Virus record (IMG/VR): IMGVR_UViG_3300006864_000001
Location: 1-58,659 of that record
DNA: 58,659 nucleotides
DNA from: a virus
Direction: 5' to 3' (one strand)
Part shown: positions 31,653 through 41,843 of the stretch, piece after piece
How positions within the stretch are numbered: the first letter of the stretch is position 1
Layout of the letters: every line of letters begins with the position of its first letter
The notes under the pieces: model-generated
Seen by the model: only the letters and a program-made list of their open reading frames with translations
Told to the model about the DNA's origin: nothing
Databases searched by the model: none
Translations under genes and position numbers: made by a program

Positions 31653-32822
31653 CTAGATGGTTCCCCAATACTCTGACGGATCGACAGTATTCCAAACAGC
31701 TCCGGCATCCCAAGCCAGCCAAGTGCCTGGAGTGATGGTCTGGACCAGCGTCAGTGTCGGGTAAGACTTCTCGCCAGTGTTATCCGAGGAGAATATTTGT
31801 TCAGTCACGATCATCTGATTGCCGAGACCGTTTTCGGTTCGTTCTTCGACAATATCCCCAAGCACGTAGTCTACTCCGTATACATACGGGAGATTTTGCG
31901 GCATGGTTCCGTCGAATTGATAAACCGGACGATATGACGCTAGAGCAACAAGTCCTTCTTGCTGCAAAGCTGCGGTCAAAGCCGTCCCAGCAACCGTTGT
32001 GTTGTTCGAATTGACTAGCAAAATACGACGATCTGCGCCATTTGCAGTCTGATCAGCGGTTGGTGAATACACAACGGCTGTTCCATTTTGAGCGAACACA
32101 TACGCAACGGTTTTGACGTTGGCCATTGACGTGAGGGTCGTCACGTCCTCTAGCGTTTCGAGATTCGGATCAAATATTACCGGAGGAAGAAGCGTTTGGG
32201 TGGAGGTGCGATCGCTTCCGGTATATACCTCGAAGTAAACTAGACCTTTTTCTCCATCCTTGACTAGACGAAACCCGAGCGCGTACATGTCGCAAATCTT
32301 CTTGACCGAATTGTACACGGTGTCGGGCGTAAAAGCTACCGAGATGATGTCTGTCGGTTCCGGTATTGAGCCCGAACCAATAAGTGTTCCGAAAGCGTAA
32401 TACGGCATCACGTCGAGTTGATTAAGTGCCGCAGTAACGCAAACAACGTTAAATATCTGTCTTGCGATGTTTGCGGGGTTTCCGGTAATGACCCAGTACG
32501 GCGCTGTGATCGTGGCCGTGAGCGATGGCATGGCAACGCGATCTTCGAGCAATGCCTCAAACGATCTACCCACAATCGTGAGAGTTTTGGTTCCATCTTG
32601 CGCGATACTGTCAGTGACAGTTTCGATAGTCGCTACACGATACGAATTATTTCTCGTGACTCGAATGCCTGGGGTGAACAATCGCCGATTATTAGAATTC
32701 GACGGCATCACTATCTGAAAATCACCCCAGGCTGAATAACGTTCTGTCCAAATAATCGAAATGTAATTCTGGATCAGAAAATCGCGCCTAAGTAGATCGT
32801 CAAGAACATAGTATTCCATCAA
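31653..32822 (-). CDS. Minor tail protein, siphovirus Gp37-like
   Basis: 389 aa. N-terminal YYVLDDLLRRDFLIQNYISIIWTERYSAWGDFQIV fits the remembered Gp37-like pattern. Lies downstream of Dit. Confidence 0.6.
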   Translation of the reverse strand: MMEYYVLDDLLRRDFLIQNYISIIWTERYSAWGDFQIVMPSNSNNRRLFTPGIRVTRNNSYRVATIETVTDSIAQDGTKTLTIVGRSFEALLEDRVAMPSLTATITAPYWVITGNPANIARQIFNVVCVTAALNQLDVMPYYAFGTLIGSGSIPEPTDIISVAFTPDTVYNSVKKICDMYALGFRLVKDGEKGLVYFEVYTGSDRTSTQTLLPPVIFDPNLETLEDVTTLTSMANVKTVAYVFAQNGTAVVYSPTADQTANGADRRILLVNSNNTTVAGTALTAALQQEGLVALASYRPVYQFDGTMPQNLPYVYGVDYVLGDIVEERTENGLGNQMIVTEQIFSSDNTGEKSYPTLTLVQTITPGTWLAWDAGAVWNTVDPSEYWGTI

Positions 32823-33685
32823 ATCGCCCCGTATTTAGGCGTATAGGTTAGAGTGAACGGAAGCGGGCTTCCGTCGTAGAACGAAAATATGTTCGGAATT
32901 CCGACGTAGAATACTCGGAAATCATTGTCGCCCTTAGCAAGGCTTATCCAGGTTGACTTCGGATCCAAATATGAATGCATTGAGGTTACGACCCCAGCAC
33001 GATTAAGCGTTACCGATTTGGATCCGGGTATCGTAGAAACTGATAGAACATCGCCATTAACAAGAATGGGCAAGTTTGGAAATGACATGATCTGAACGGT
33101 TCCATCGGACTGAGTGCAGTAAATGCTGAAACTCGCGCCAACGGCGATCGTCGCATTCAGATTAAGATTAAACAGCACGCCGGCGTCTGACGATCCGGGA
33201 TAAGATATCGTCGTGACATTCGTATTGGGCACCGTGAGCGTACTAAGAACTGAAGACGTCGGTGCATAGAAATCTGGATCATAGCAAATGATCGAAATAT
33301 CTACTTCTGGATCAGCTGAGAAAAGTACGTTGTCAAAGCTTTCAACTTGACCGGACGTAATCGCGTAAAGGGTATCGTCCAAATATAGTCCAACTTGTAC
33401 GTTCGACTTCGGCATGAAGTAATCATACAGATCGGATCTTAGTGATTGGACGTCGTTCGTTACATAATCAGGCTCAAGGCCGATTTTAAGCAGAATGTTC
33501 CTAGTTGTGCGGGTGGCGTTTTGGGGCTGAGCCCCGTCTTCTTGCGCCATTGACGACGAAGTCAATGTTGCCTTAACGGGACTCAGCCCTTCCACATCAC
33601 GAACCACATAGCCAGCGGAAGCATCGAGAAGAGGAAGCTGTAGTGTTCCGTTTCGCTGATTCGTGATCTCGACCATTGTTAGCAT
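32819..33685 (-). CDS. Distal tail protein (Dit) candidate
   Basis: 288 aa, immediately after the tape measure gene and overlap-coupled to it. Confidence 0.6.
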   Translation of the reverse strand: MLTMVEITNQRNGTLQLPLLDASAGYVVRDVEGLSPVKATLTSSSMAQEDGAQPQNATRTTRNILLKIGLEPDYVTNDVQSLRSDLYDYFMPKSNVQVGLYLDDTLYAITSGQVESFDNVLFSADPEVDISIICYDPDFYAPTSSVLSTLTVPNTNVTTISYPGSSDAGVLFNLNLNATIAVGASFSIYCTQSDGTVQIMSFPNLPILVNGDVLSVSTIPGSKSVTLNRAGVVTSMHSYLDPKSTWISLAKGDNDFRVFYVGIPNIFSFYDGSPLPFTLTYTPKYGAI

Positions 33686-36600
33686 TATCCGGGCAGCGCT
33701 CCTCTCACGATCGATAGCTGGTTTTTTGTCTGACGATAGATGGTTGCGTCTGAAAGCGCCACCGGAGAAGTGTTGTACTGATTAAACGTCAAGCTCTTAC
33801 CTATGGACGCTGTCTGACTAGCTGCAATCGCTGCTGATGCAGCCGCGTTACTCGCAGATATAGACGACGCCGTAGAGCTTGATGCCGTCGCATTGATGAT
33901 CTGCGACTTGGAGAGGTTATTCAGGGCATTGAAACCCTTAGTTGCCTCAGTTAGATCGATTACTGGAGTGATCTTTGGACTGAGATTAAGACTGTCGTTG
34001 ACCACGCCATCAAGGCCCGAGAGACTCTGTTGTATGGCACTTAGCGCGGACGATCCGACAGCTGCAGCAGAATCGCTTACGCGCTGCACTTTGTTATCTA
34101 GACCGATCGCGAACCCTTCACCGGAGAATTCACCAACATCAATGAACTTCTTTGCCGGTGAGGCAGCGCCTACAGCATGCATCGCGGCGTGCCAAGCGCT
34201 TGTTCCGAGATTCGCTGCTGCCGAAACTATGGTTCCGACACCGTTAGCGAGCCCTATAGCCATGCCCTGGATGATCGCGGTTGCCAGATTACCGCCAGCA
34301 GCCCCTAGCCTTGGGCCGTCCTTGCGGATTTCCGCAGCGAGTCCGTTGATGAAGTTAATGATCATGTTTGCGCCAGCGCGAATAATAGCTAGCTCGGAGA
34401 CGCCTATTGCCGTGATGAACGCGACGACAACCCTGACTGCAGCCGCTGCTATTTTGGGTATGTTATTAGCAAGCCCATTAAGCAGGTTCTCGATCAAGTG
34501 CAGCCCGGCTACGATGAATTGCGGATAGTACTTCGCGACCGCTTCAAGCAATCTTAGCACGAGATTGCCTATTGTAGCGATGATCTTCGGCGCGTATTTG
34601 TCAACGGCAGTGATGATCGCCGTGAGGACTGTACCGAAAGCCTTTGCTGCGAGCGGAACCACCTTGATGATCGCTGTCAACAGCGCAGTCAAAATCGCCT
34701 GAACTGCTCTAGCTATCGCGGGGCCGCCCTTACCGATGACGTCGGCGAATGCGATGACGCCAGCGCCAAGCTGCTTGAGTACGGCAGGTATCAGGCCGAG
34801 AATGCTAGTGACAAACGAGAGAATTGCCGCACCAGATGCTGTGACAGCGACGGCAAGAGCAGTTAGCCCAATCGCGAACAGGGCAACGCCGGCTCCAGCA
34901 GCCAATATACCTACGCCAAGAAGCGTGATGGCAAGGCCGAGTCCAAGCAGTGTTGGGATGAGAGGCGTAAGAATGATACCCGCTGCTGCAATTACGAGGA
35001 ATACCCCAGCCAGCGTCAAGAGCGCTTTAGCAATACCTTCCCAGGAAAGTTCACTGAACACCTTAAGAACTGGCGCTAGCAGGGAAAGAGCTGCGGCAAC
35101 GACGACCAGTGCTGCTGCTCCGGGAAGAGCTTCGGTCATCAAGATCATGGCTACTGCGATGAGTGCCAGCGAACCAGCGAGCAACACAAGCGATCGCGCA
35201 ACTGCACTCCAGGACAAAGCGCCCATGGTGGTAAGCGCTTTGGATAGCAACACCAAAGCTCCCGCTACCAGAAGCAGCGCTACTGATGTAGCGATCATCG
35301 TCGGCGGCATCAAATTCATCGCAAGAGCAATGATAAGTAGTGCTGCAGCGACAGAGATTAGTCCCTTTGCGAGCGTGTCCGTAGACATAGAGCCGAGAGT
35401 TTCCACGGCCTTAGCGATGACATTAAGTGCCACGCCAAGCACAAGCATTGCTGCAGCAGTGGATACGAGTCCGACTCCGCCACCGAACTTATTGAATGCG
35501 CCTAGTATGAGCAGAAGCGCAGCTATAGCGCCAATGCCCTTGGCTAGGGAAGCGAATGGAATCTTCGACAAACGCTCTACGGCTAGTGCCAGAACGTTCA
35601 ACGCGATGGCCATAACTTGCATAGAATAGGCCGAAGCCACAAGACCCTTGACGTTGGTCGCCATCAAGTTCGTAGCGCCCACAAGAAGCGTGAGAAGAAT
35701 GGCTATAGCACTTAGACCCTTGGCCAGTTGAGTCCAGCTGAATTGAGCTAGTATTGCAACTGCTCCGGAAAGTATAAGGATCGCAGTAGCAAGCAAGTTA
35801 AGGGCTACCCCCACCGCTGCCATTTTGAGGACTCCGGCTGAACCAGCGATTCTGGTTACGACGGCTAGCGCCAACATCAATTCGCCGAACAGAATCGTGA
35901 TCGCGCCGATGCTCTTGGCCAGATTCTTGACGTCGATGAACGACAACGCCACGATTGATGCCACCAGAAGCGCCACCGCAATAGCGATATTCTCGAGCGT
36001 CTCCGACTTGAGCGCAGTTTGCATGCTCTTCAAGGCGCCAGTCAGACTTTCGAACGACTCCTTGATCGTGTCGAATAGACCTGGTTTATCTGCGGCACCG
36101 CCCTTGCCTAGGCTGCTGATGAACTTCCGAATAGAGAGAAGAACACCGCCAAACAAAAGCTGGTTCAGAAGATTTACAACGTTTGAGAACCCGCCACTCG
36201 AGATGCCCTTGGCAATGGCGTCGCCGAGCTTACTAAATTCTGAGCCGATCTGTTGAATGAATGGCTTAATGAACCCAGTGACCTTGCTGATCACTCCGCT
36301 TAGGCCACCAAGCGATCCCGTGATCTTCTCGATGCCCTTGAATGGCAACTCGAGAATGTTTCCTAGAACATCGAAGAACTTGTTTAGTGCTCCGCCGGAT
36401 TCAATCACTTTCCGGATGTTCGTAAGAAAATCTCCGAGTCGCGCAGTCAGAGACAGAATTCCGCCGCCGCTTGTCGCTGCTCCGCCAGCTGCCCCAAACA
36501 CCTTACCCAGAGCACTTCCGACTCCGCCGAGAACGTCAAGGACAATCTTTACGACCGAGAAGAGACCATCGAAAGTCTTACGCAGTTCTTTTCCGCCAGC

Positions 36601-37905
36601 AGCACTAAGTTGAAGCCGATTCGCAAGCGCAAAGAGGCCTTCGACAAATCCCAGCAACGCGTTAGCCGACGCCGGAGGAAAGATGTCTTGGAAAGCTTTC
36701 TTGATAGGCTCGAAGATTAGCCCTAGATCTTTCCAAGCTTGCGTCATCGCTTGGATAAGTACTGTACGACCACCCAAAGCATCAAATGCCTTGAGGAAAT
36801 TGGCCAGAGCGTAAACTGGCTTAGTGAACAAGCTCTCAAGAACGTTGTGAACGCTCGTCAAGAGCGTCGTTGCCGTACCGATGTTGCCGATGATCGCTTC
36901 CCAGACCTGCGACCAGGCAGTAGCAACTTCTTCCTTCAAAGCTGCTTGAAGTTGAGTAATCGTCCTTATCTGGGTAGCGGAGTTAACCGCCGCCTTAGCT
37001 TGCGCCAAAATCGCTTCAGTTTGTTGCTTCGTGTATCCAAGACTCCTAAGCTGTGCCGCGCTCATATCACCCGTGAAGGTGTTTAGCGTGTCAGTCAGAA
37101 TCTTGGATGTCAACCAGCCATTTTGAAGCGTGTTTCGAAATCCGCCGTCCTTCTTGATCATGGCGTCAATCGCAACACCATGAACTCGGGCATCTTCGAT
37201 CAAAGCGTTCTGGAAAACCTTACCGCCAAGACCGGCGTTAACGACAGAGTTCCAGTCCTGCAGTTTCACTCGACCGGCTGCAATTGCCTGTGAAAGCTGA
37301 TACATCGCAGTTGATGCTTGTTCAGCACTTGACCCAGACAGAGCTGCCAGGTTTGCGATGCCCTTAATCGAGGATACTGCAGTGTTCAGTCCAACGCCTG
37401 CGGCGGTGAAGGTACCGATGTTCTGAGCCATCTGACCGAAATTATATACCGTTTTGTTGGCATACGTATTTAGATTAGCCAGAGCAGCAGTTACCTGATT
37501 CAGCGTTGTTCCAGCAGCTTTCGTGTTGGAAAGTACAACCTGAATCGCGTTTAGCTTTGTTTCATAAACGCTAAATCCGGCTTTAATCGGGTCAATCGTC
37601 AAAGCCTTCAGCATGCTTATGCCGGCGTTTACAGCTCGGTTGGTCAGATTTGACAGAACTGTGAGTCCGACAACACCCATACCGGTAAATTTAGAGGCGA
37701 TCGAGTCGACTCCAGAGGCAATATTGCCAAGCGAGAACTTCTTACCCGCGGCATCTAGATTGTTGATCGCTGACTCGGAACCGCTAAGTCCGTTCAACTT
37801 TTCTTTCAACAGCCCAAGACCCGTAACAGTTCTTCTGACTCCATCAGCAAACGTAGAATCGTTGAACTTCATCTCGACAATACGTTCGTCGATTGTCGCA
37901 CTCAC
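33685..37905 (-). CDS. Tape measure protein
   Basis: ORF 33685..37926. Start at GTG after GGAAGGAGGTGA (GTGA overlap with the upstream stop). 1406 aa, with long Ala/Leu/Gly-rich periodic repeats. Confidence 0.9.
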   Translation of the reverse strand: MSATIDERIVEMKFNDSTFADGVRRTVTGLGLLKEKLNGLSGSESAINNLDAAGKKFSLGNIASGVDSIASKFTGMGVVGLTVLSNLTNRAVNAGISMLKALTIDPIKAGFSVYETKLNAIQVVLSNTKAAGTTLNQVTAALANLNTYANKTVYNFGQMAQNIGTFTAAGVGLNTAVSSIKGIANLAALSGSSAEQASTAMYQLSQAIAAGRVKLQDWNSVVNAGLGGKVFQNALIEDARVHGVAIDAMIKKDGGFRNTLQNGWLTSKILTDTLNTFTGDMSAAQLRSLGYTKQQTEAILAQAKAAVNSATQIRTITQLQAALKEEVATAWSQVWEAIIGNIGTATTLLTSVHNVLESLFTKPVYALANFLKAFDALGGRTVLIQAMTQAWKDLGLIFEPIKKAFQDIFPPASANALLGFVEGLFALANRLQLSAAGGKELRKTFDGLFSVVKIVLDVLGGVGSALGKVFGAAGGAATSGGGILSLTARLGDFLTNIRKVIESGGALNKFFDVLGNILELPFKGIEKITGSLGGLSGVISKVTGFIKPFIQQIGSEFSKLGDAIAKGISSGGFSNVVNLLNQLLFGGVLLSIRKFISSLGKGGAADKPGLFDTIKESFESLTGALKSMQTALKSETLENIAIAVALLVASIVALSFIDVKNLAKSIGAITILFGELMLALAVVTRIAGSAGVLKMAAVGVALNLLATAILILSGAVAILAQFSWTQLAKGLSAIAILLTLLVGATNLMATNVKGLVASAYSMQVMAIALNVLALAVERLSKIPFASLAKGIGAIAALLLILGAFNKFGGGVGLVSTAAAMLVLGVALNVIAKAVETLGSMSTDTLAKGLISVAAALLIIALAMNLMPPTMIATSVALLLVAGALVLLSKALTTMGALSWSAVARSLVLLAGSLALIAVAMILMTEALPGAAALVVVAAALSLLAPVLKVFSELSWEGIAKALLTLAGVFLVIAAAGIILTPLIPTLLGLGLAITLLGVGILAAGAGVALFAIGLTALAVAVTASGAAILSFVTSILGLIPAVLKQLGAGVIAFADVIGKGGPAIARAVQAILTALLTAIIKVVPLAAKAFGTVLTAIITAVDKYAPKIIATIGNLVLRLLEAVAKYYPQFIVAGLHLIENLLNGLANNIPKIAAAAVRVVVAFITAIGVSELAIIRAGANMIINFINGLAAEIRKDGPRLGAAGGNLATAIIQGMAIGLANGVGTIVSAAANLGTSAWHAAMHAVGAASPAKKFIDVGEFSGEGFAIGLDNKVQRVSDSAAAVGSSALSAIQQSLSGLDGVVNDSLNLSPKITPVIDLTEATKGFNALNNLSKSQIINATASSSTASSISASNAAASAAIAASQTASIGKSLTFNQYNTSPVALSDATIYRQTKNQLSIVRGALPG

Positions 37906-38297
37906 GAAGAGGTCACCTCCTTCCAAACGCTAGCTGCAATCTGGTCAAATATCGGCCGAATTGCTGGATTGATGTAATCTTTCCCCTGCACATATCCACC
38001 GGTGCCAGTTCCGTGCCCATACTGCAGCAATATGGCTACCGGCGTACTGCCATTGTCCAGATGCGTATTCGTCCACCTGATCGTACGAGATCGACCTGAG
38101 ATATCAATCTCATAACCCCACGAAGCCGCCGTGACACCAGTGTTTTCGGGTGTTGCCGCTGACAAAGCTTCAACGCCTTGTTGCGCATAGCCTTCAAGCG
38201 ATCGGTAAATGTCGCCTCTGGATATGTGATTCAGGAAATTGTCGGTGTTCTGAAAGGAACCTGTCGATTTTATCTGAAGCACACAGGCTCCTTTCAA
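37902..38297 (-). CDS. HK97 gp10-like tail/neck protein
   Basis: 131 aa. TGVTAASW...VAILLQYGHGTG...YINPAIRP resembles the gp10 family. Confidence 0.6.
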   Translation of the reverse strand: MKGACVLQIKSTGSFQNTDNFLNHISRGDIYRSLEGYAQQGVEALSAATPENTGVTAASWGYEIDISGRSRTIRWTNTHLDNGSTPVAILLQYGHGTGTGGYVQGKDYINPAIRPIFDQIAASVWKEVTSS

Positions 38298-38298
38298 A

Positions 38299-39024
38299 CT
38301 AGATCTTAATGATGAAGTTGACGTTGGTGAACGGTGGTTGATTGTCTGTTACCGAGCCGGTTACGGTCGTGCCGCCAGCTGCGCTATTACCGGTAACTCT
38401 CGCGCCAACGCCGACAGCGTGCGTACTAGTCCCAACCGCAGTCGCATCGCCCTGAAAGTTTGCCGTCCAGGTTCCGCCGGAGGAAACTCGTTCCATGTAC
38501 GCGTTCGGAGCAGCGCCAGACTCAAGTTCTATATGTGCCGTGGCTTGAGGGCTACCACCATCAAGATTGTGCGCGTGAGTGGCAATCGAATGCGTGTGTG
38601 TAGTATTGCCGCCCGTAACACCTAGATTAGCCTGATTTGCGTCCATCCGCGGATAGTGATTCCGCATGTCAGGCAACCCGAATGTGGTGGTTCCATTGCC
38701 GATGCCGTAAGTCGTGCCTATCGCAGCGAAAAGTGCAGCATAAGTCGTTCTTGAAACGAGCGTGTTGTCGCACAGAAGCCAACCGGTCGGCGGGATTGAT
38801 GCGCCAAACATGACAATCGTACCCGAGGGCATGATGCCAGATGCCCCTTGCAGACCAGTGAGACCTGTTGGGCCTGTTGGGCCCTGAACGCTTCCCGCAT
38901 CGACCGTTCCTCCGCCACTCTTCGTGAGGATCAAATGGCCCGAACCGTTAACGGTGCCACTAACAATACTCGCGTCAGCGATAGTTTGCATTGCCGTGGC
39001 GGTCTTACCTGTTACTGTCGACAT
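38299..39024 (-). CDS. Tail fibre protein with a short collagen-like stretch and a phage tail-collar domain
   Basis: ORF 38299..39090; start at MSTVTGK (GGAGGA RBS). Contains GPTGPTGLTGLQGASG, then GTIVMFGASIPPTGWLLCDNTLVSRTTYAALFAAIGTTYG..TTFGLPDMR. Confidence 0.75.
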   Translation of the reverse strand: MSTVTGKTATAMQTIADASIVSGTVNGSGHLILTKSGGGTVDAGSVQGPTGPTGLTGLQGASGIMPSGTIVMFGASIPPTGWLLCDNTLVSRTTYAALFAAIGTTYGIGNGTTTFGLPDMRNHYPRMDANQANLGVTGGNTTHTHSIATHAHNLDGGSPQATAHIELESGAAPNAYMERVSSGGTWTANFQGDATAVGTSTHAVGVGARVTGNSAAGGTTVTGSVTDNQPPFTNVNFIIKI

Positions 39025-39035
39025 TGGTCCTCCAT

Positions 39036-39770
39036 TCAGAGTGATCGAATCGTGTATGTGTTCGCATCTATGAACACCGCAGATTCCCAATTAATCTGGA
39101 AAGTGGTTGCGTCGATCATCGAAACCGCACTGTCCGGTCCAGTCGCGGTCCAGGTTCCGTCTCCGTTGTCAGTGATTCTGACAACAGTATAGGCCTCAAA
39201 TATGTCGAGCACCGAAGCTGGATCTGGAAGAGATGGATCATCTGCGTCGTCGCCATAAAGAAGCGCCTCAAGATCGTTCAAAGCATTCACGTTTGCCTGA
39301 TCAAGCAAAATGACCAAATGCGCAGAAGGCCTACTCACGGGAATATCAACCGGCACAGTAGTGAAACCCCACTGAAATGTCACAGGGGTTGCGCTCAGTC
39401 CTACCGAAACATACTGATCGTTTGATGGAGTAATGAGCGCGTTGTATACGATGTGCAGTTCGTTGTTCGTTCGGTATGAAAACCCAAACGGAATCCTTGA
39501 TTGTCCCATCACATTGCCCGACTGACCGTTGTACGGTTCGAATTCATCGGGATATGTAAACGCCGAGATAGTTCCAGAGAAATTCCCAGGAAGGACTCGA
39601 TTCCTGAACTTATTACCGTCGAGATAAACAGCATCCTGAGATGCGTCGCCTTTCTCGAGAACGGAGACAAGTCCGTTCCAAGCTACCCCCGGGGAATTTT
39701 GCGGATAGAAGACGCCCTGACTAATTCCCGATGAGTAAGCTGGATCAGTGCTGTCCCAAGATATGCGCAC
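39036..39770 (-). CDS. Tail tube protein paralogue 3
   Basis: 244 aa, GTG start with a TAGGAG RBS. Shares WD...G[IV]..GV[FL]Y...AWNGL.SV.E, FGFSYRT..LH.VYNAL and LE.LLYGDD with 39778..40413 and 40970..41833. Confidence 0.6.
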   Translation of the reverse strand: MRISWDSTDPAYSSGISQGVFYPQNSPGVAWNGLVSVLEKGDASQDAVYLDGNKFRNRVLPGNFSGTISAFTYPDEFEPYNGQSGNVMGQSRIPFGFSYRTNNELHIVYNALITPSNDQYVSVGLSATPVTFQWGFTTVPVDIPVSRPSAHLVILLDQANVNALNDLEALLYGDDADDPSLPDPASVLDIFEAYTVVRITDNGDGTWTATGPDSAVSMIDATTFQINWESAVFIDANTYTIRSL

Positions 39771-39777
39771 GATGCTC

Positions 39778-40413
39778 CTAGGAAGTAAGAGTCAAGAACT
39801 CTTGAGCCGATAGAAAACGAGGACCATTCGAGTCATCTCCGTAGAGAATTGCTTCTAGCTCACTCAAGACGGTTGGGTCCATAGTTCTGCTGTCAGCAAC
39901 AAAGTGTGACGCGGGCTTGTAGCCAGTAACAATTACCGGAATTGTTGTGATCGCCCATGAATATGTCGACACGTTAGCTGTATTAGTGGTCGTTCCGTGT
40001 GTGAAATCGGAAATTTGCGCAAGAGCATTATAAACAAGATGCACCTTGTACGCGAAATCCACACCAGAAACATCATTGCCGATCATTGTTCGATATGAGA
40101 AACCGAAACTTTGTCGAGGCTGATCGGCAATGTAAAACGCTGGTGAGATCTCGCTTCTGCCCGCACAAGGAGCGAATTCCAATGGACTTGCGAAGCTTTC
40201 GATCTTTGCTGTGAATTCTTCGGAGGAGGAAACACTAAGAATTTTCCTGCCGTCCAAGAAGTAATCTTGTGGTGTGCCACCGGTGGGCGCCTCTGTGACA
40301 CTCGTGAGACCACTCCACGGCACAGCGACGTTAGCGCCAACATAGAGCATACCGCGATCTACGCCTGCGTGGAACAAACGTGTTCCCGCGTCATCCCACG
40401 TCGCTCTCGGCAT
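39778..40413 (-). CDS. Tail tube protein paralogue 2
   Basis: 211 aa; same shared motifs (TWDDAGTRLFHAGVDRGMLY, FGFSYRT, HLVYNAL, LEAILYGDD). Confidence 0.6.
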   Translation of the reverse strand: MPRATWDDAGTRLFHAGVDRGMLYVGANVAVPWSGLTSVTEAPTGGTPQDYFLDGRKILSVSSSEEFTAKIESFASPLEFAPCAGRSEISPAFYIADQPRQSFGFSYRTMIGNDVSGVDFAYKVHLVYNALAQISDFTHGTTTNTANVSTYSWAITTIPVIVTGYKPASHFVADSRTMDPTVLSELEAILYGDDSNGPRFLSAQEFLTLTS

Positions 40414-40424
40414 GCCTATCCTTT

Positions 40425-40958
40425 CTACTTTAGTTCGGCTCGACGTTGCGCGTTTAGTGCTCGGTTCTGCGCCGCAAGTTCCTGGGGACTGAGTTGTTTC
40501 TCAGGAGCATTCTTGAGATTGCAGACTTTGATTAGCGTGAGTAGACGATTAAGATGCCAATCTTGGCACTCGAACGGAATACCAAGAGCGATCATCCAAT
40601 AATAAATCAACTCCGCCGTTATTATCTCTTGTGTTTGTGTTTTCTTTTCGCTGTCGCTAAACCATGTCGCTGACATCTTAGCATTTATGTAGTTGTTAAT
40701 GTCTACGTAGTTCTGCTCTGAAATACGAGCGAAGACCTCCTGGGCCGGTGACTCACCGAGAATCATCATCCGGACATAATCCGTAGTATGTTCTTCGGTT
40801 TTGTCACCGGTACCCAGAAACGGCTTCTCCCACTTCGCCTCCCATTTTGACAGAGAGACGAGGGAATGCTCGAGCTTCAGAGTGACAACGTCCGTAGAGA
40901 CGAACTCACTTGTCTCTTCGTTGAACCCATCGCCCAACGACACTATTAGCTCGAGCAT
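40425..40958 (-). CDS. Tail assembly chaperone-like protein (by position)
   Basis: 177 aa, immediately after the major tail gene. No slippery-site product identified. Confidence 0.4.
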   Translation of the reverse strand: MLELIVSLGDGFNEETSEFVSTDVVTLKLEHSLVSLSKWEAKWEKPFLGTGDKTEEHTTDYVRMMILGESPAQEVFARISEQNYVDINNYINAKMSATWFSDSEKKTQTQEIITAELIYYWMIALGIPFECQDWHLNRLLTLIKVCNLKNAPEKQLSPQELAAQNRALNAQRRAELK

Positions 40959-40969
40959 TCCTAGCCCTA

Positions 40970-41833
40970 TCAGGTGTGGGGGAAGAACCAGCGGTCGACG
41001 GAGACGACCGGGAAGATGTAACCCGCCGCCGGAACCGCGTTGACGACCGTGTTGACGGTGATGGTGACCGTGCCGGTCTTGGTGACGCCGTTGATCTTGT
41101 AGACCACGCCGGTGACGGTCGGGATCGTGATGACGTCGCTGGAGATGGTAGGCGCTGTCGGAACGGCAGTGGTAGTGACCGTGCCGGAGAAGAGCGCCAA
41201 GACTTCATCGGGCAAGGGCAGACGCGGATTGACACCGACGGTGCCATACAGCAGCTGCTCGAGAGCCGCGAGGGCGGTAGCATCGACCTTGGTGCTGTCG
41301 AGGGTGAGAAGGGAACACGGCGCGTATCCCGAGACGTTTACCGGTGTACTAGTGAACGTCCACGAGAAACCGACTGCCGCAGATGAAGCGTTGACCGAAA
41401 CGAAGGCACGCTGCGAAGGTGACGCAAGCAAACCGTAAGCCAGATGGGTCTTGTGACCGAGGTTCTGCGAGACGTCGTTACCGACGTTGGTCTGATACGA
41501 CAACCCGAACGTCTTTCGAGTCTGCTGTCCGATGACCACGCCGGCCTCAGGTGACTCGGTACCGTCCATCAGAGCGAACTGATCGGGATAGGTGAATGCC
41601 TGAATGTCACCACCGAAAGTCTCGGCGGAAAGAAGGTCGAGATACTTGATGTTGTCCGCGTACTGCGGGTTGCTCGCAGCGCCGGCCGGCGTCTCGGTGA
41701 CGGTGGTAATGCCGTTCCAAGCGTAACCGGTGTCATACGCGGAAGTTCCGGTGTTAAGCGGGTAGATGACACCTTTGTCAACGCCCTGCTCAAACCGCTT
41801 GTTGCCTGTGTCATCCCAGACAAGCGCAGTCAT
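40970..41833 (-). CDS. Major tail (tube) protein with a C-terminal Ig-like domain
   Basis: 287 aa with a GAGGAG RBS. N-terminal VWDDTGNKRFEQGVDKGVIYP...YAWNGITTVTE. C-terminal PTISSDVITIPTVTGVVYKINGV... Confidence 0.7.
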   Translation of the reverse strand: MTALVWDDTGNKRFEQGVDKGVIYPLNTGTSAYDTGYAWNGITTVTETPAGAASNPQYADNIKYLDLLSAETFGGDIQAFTYPDQFALMDGTESPEAGVVIGQQTRKTFGLSYQTNVGNDVSQNLGHKTHLAYGLLASPSQRAFVSVNASSAAVGFSWTFTSTPVNVSGYAPCSLLTLDSTKVDATALAALEQLLYGTVGVNPRLPLPDEVLALFSGTVTTTAVPTAPTISSDVITIPTVTGVVYKINGVTKTGTVTITVNTVVNAVPAAGYIFPVVSVDRWFFPHT

Positions 41834-41843
41834 GTACTTCTCC

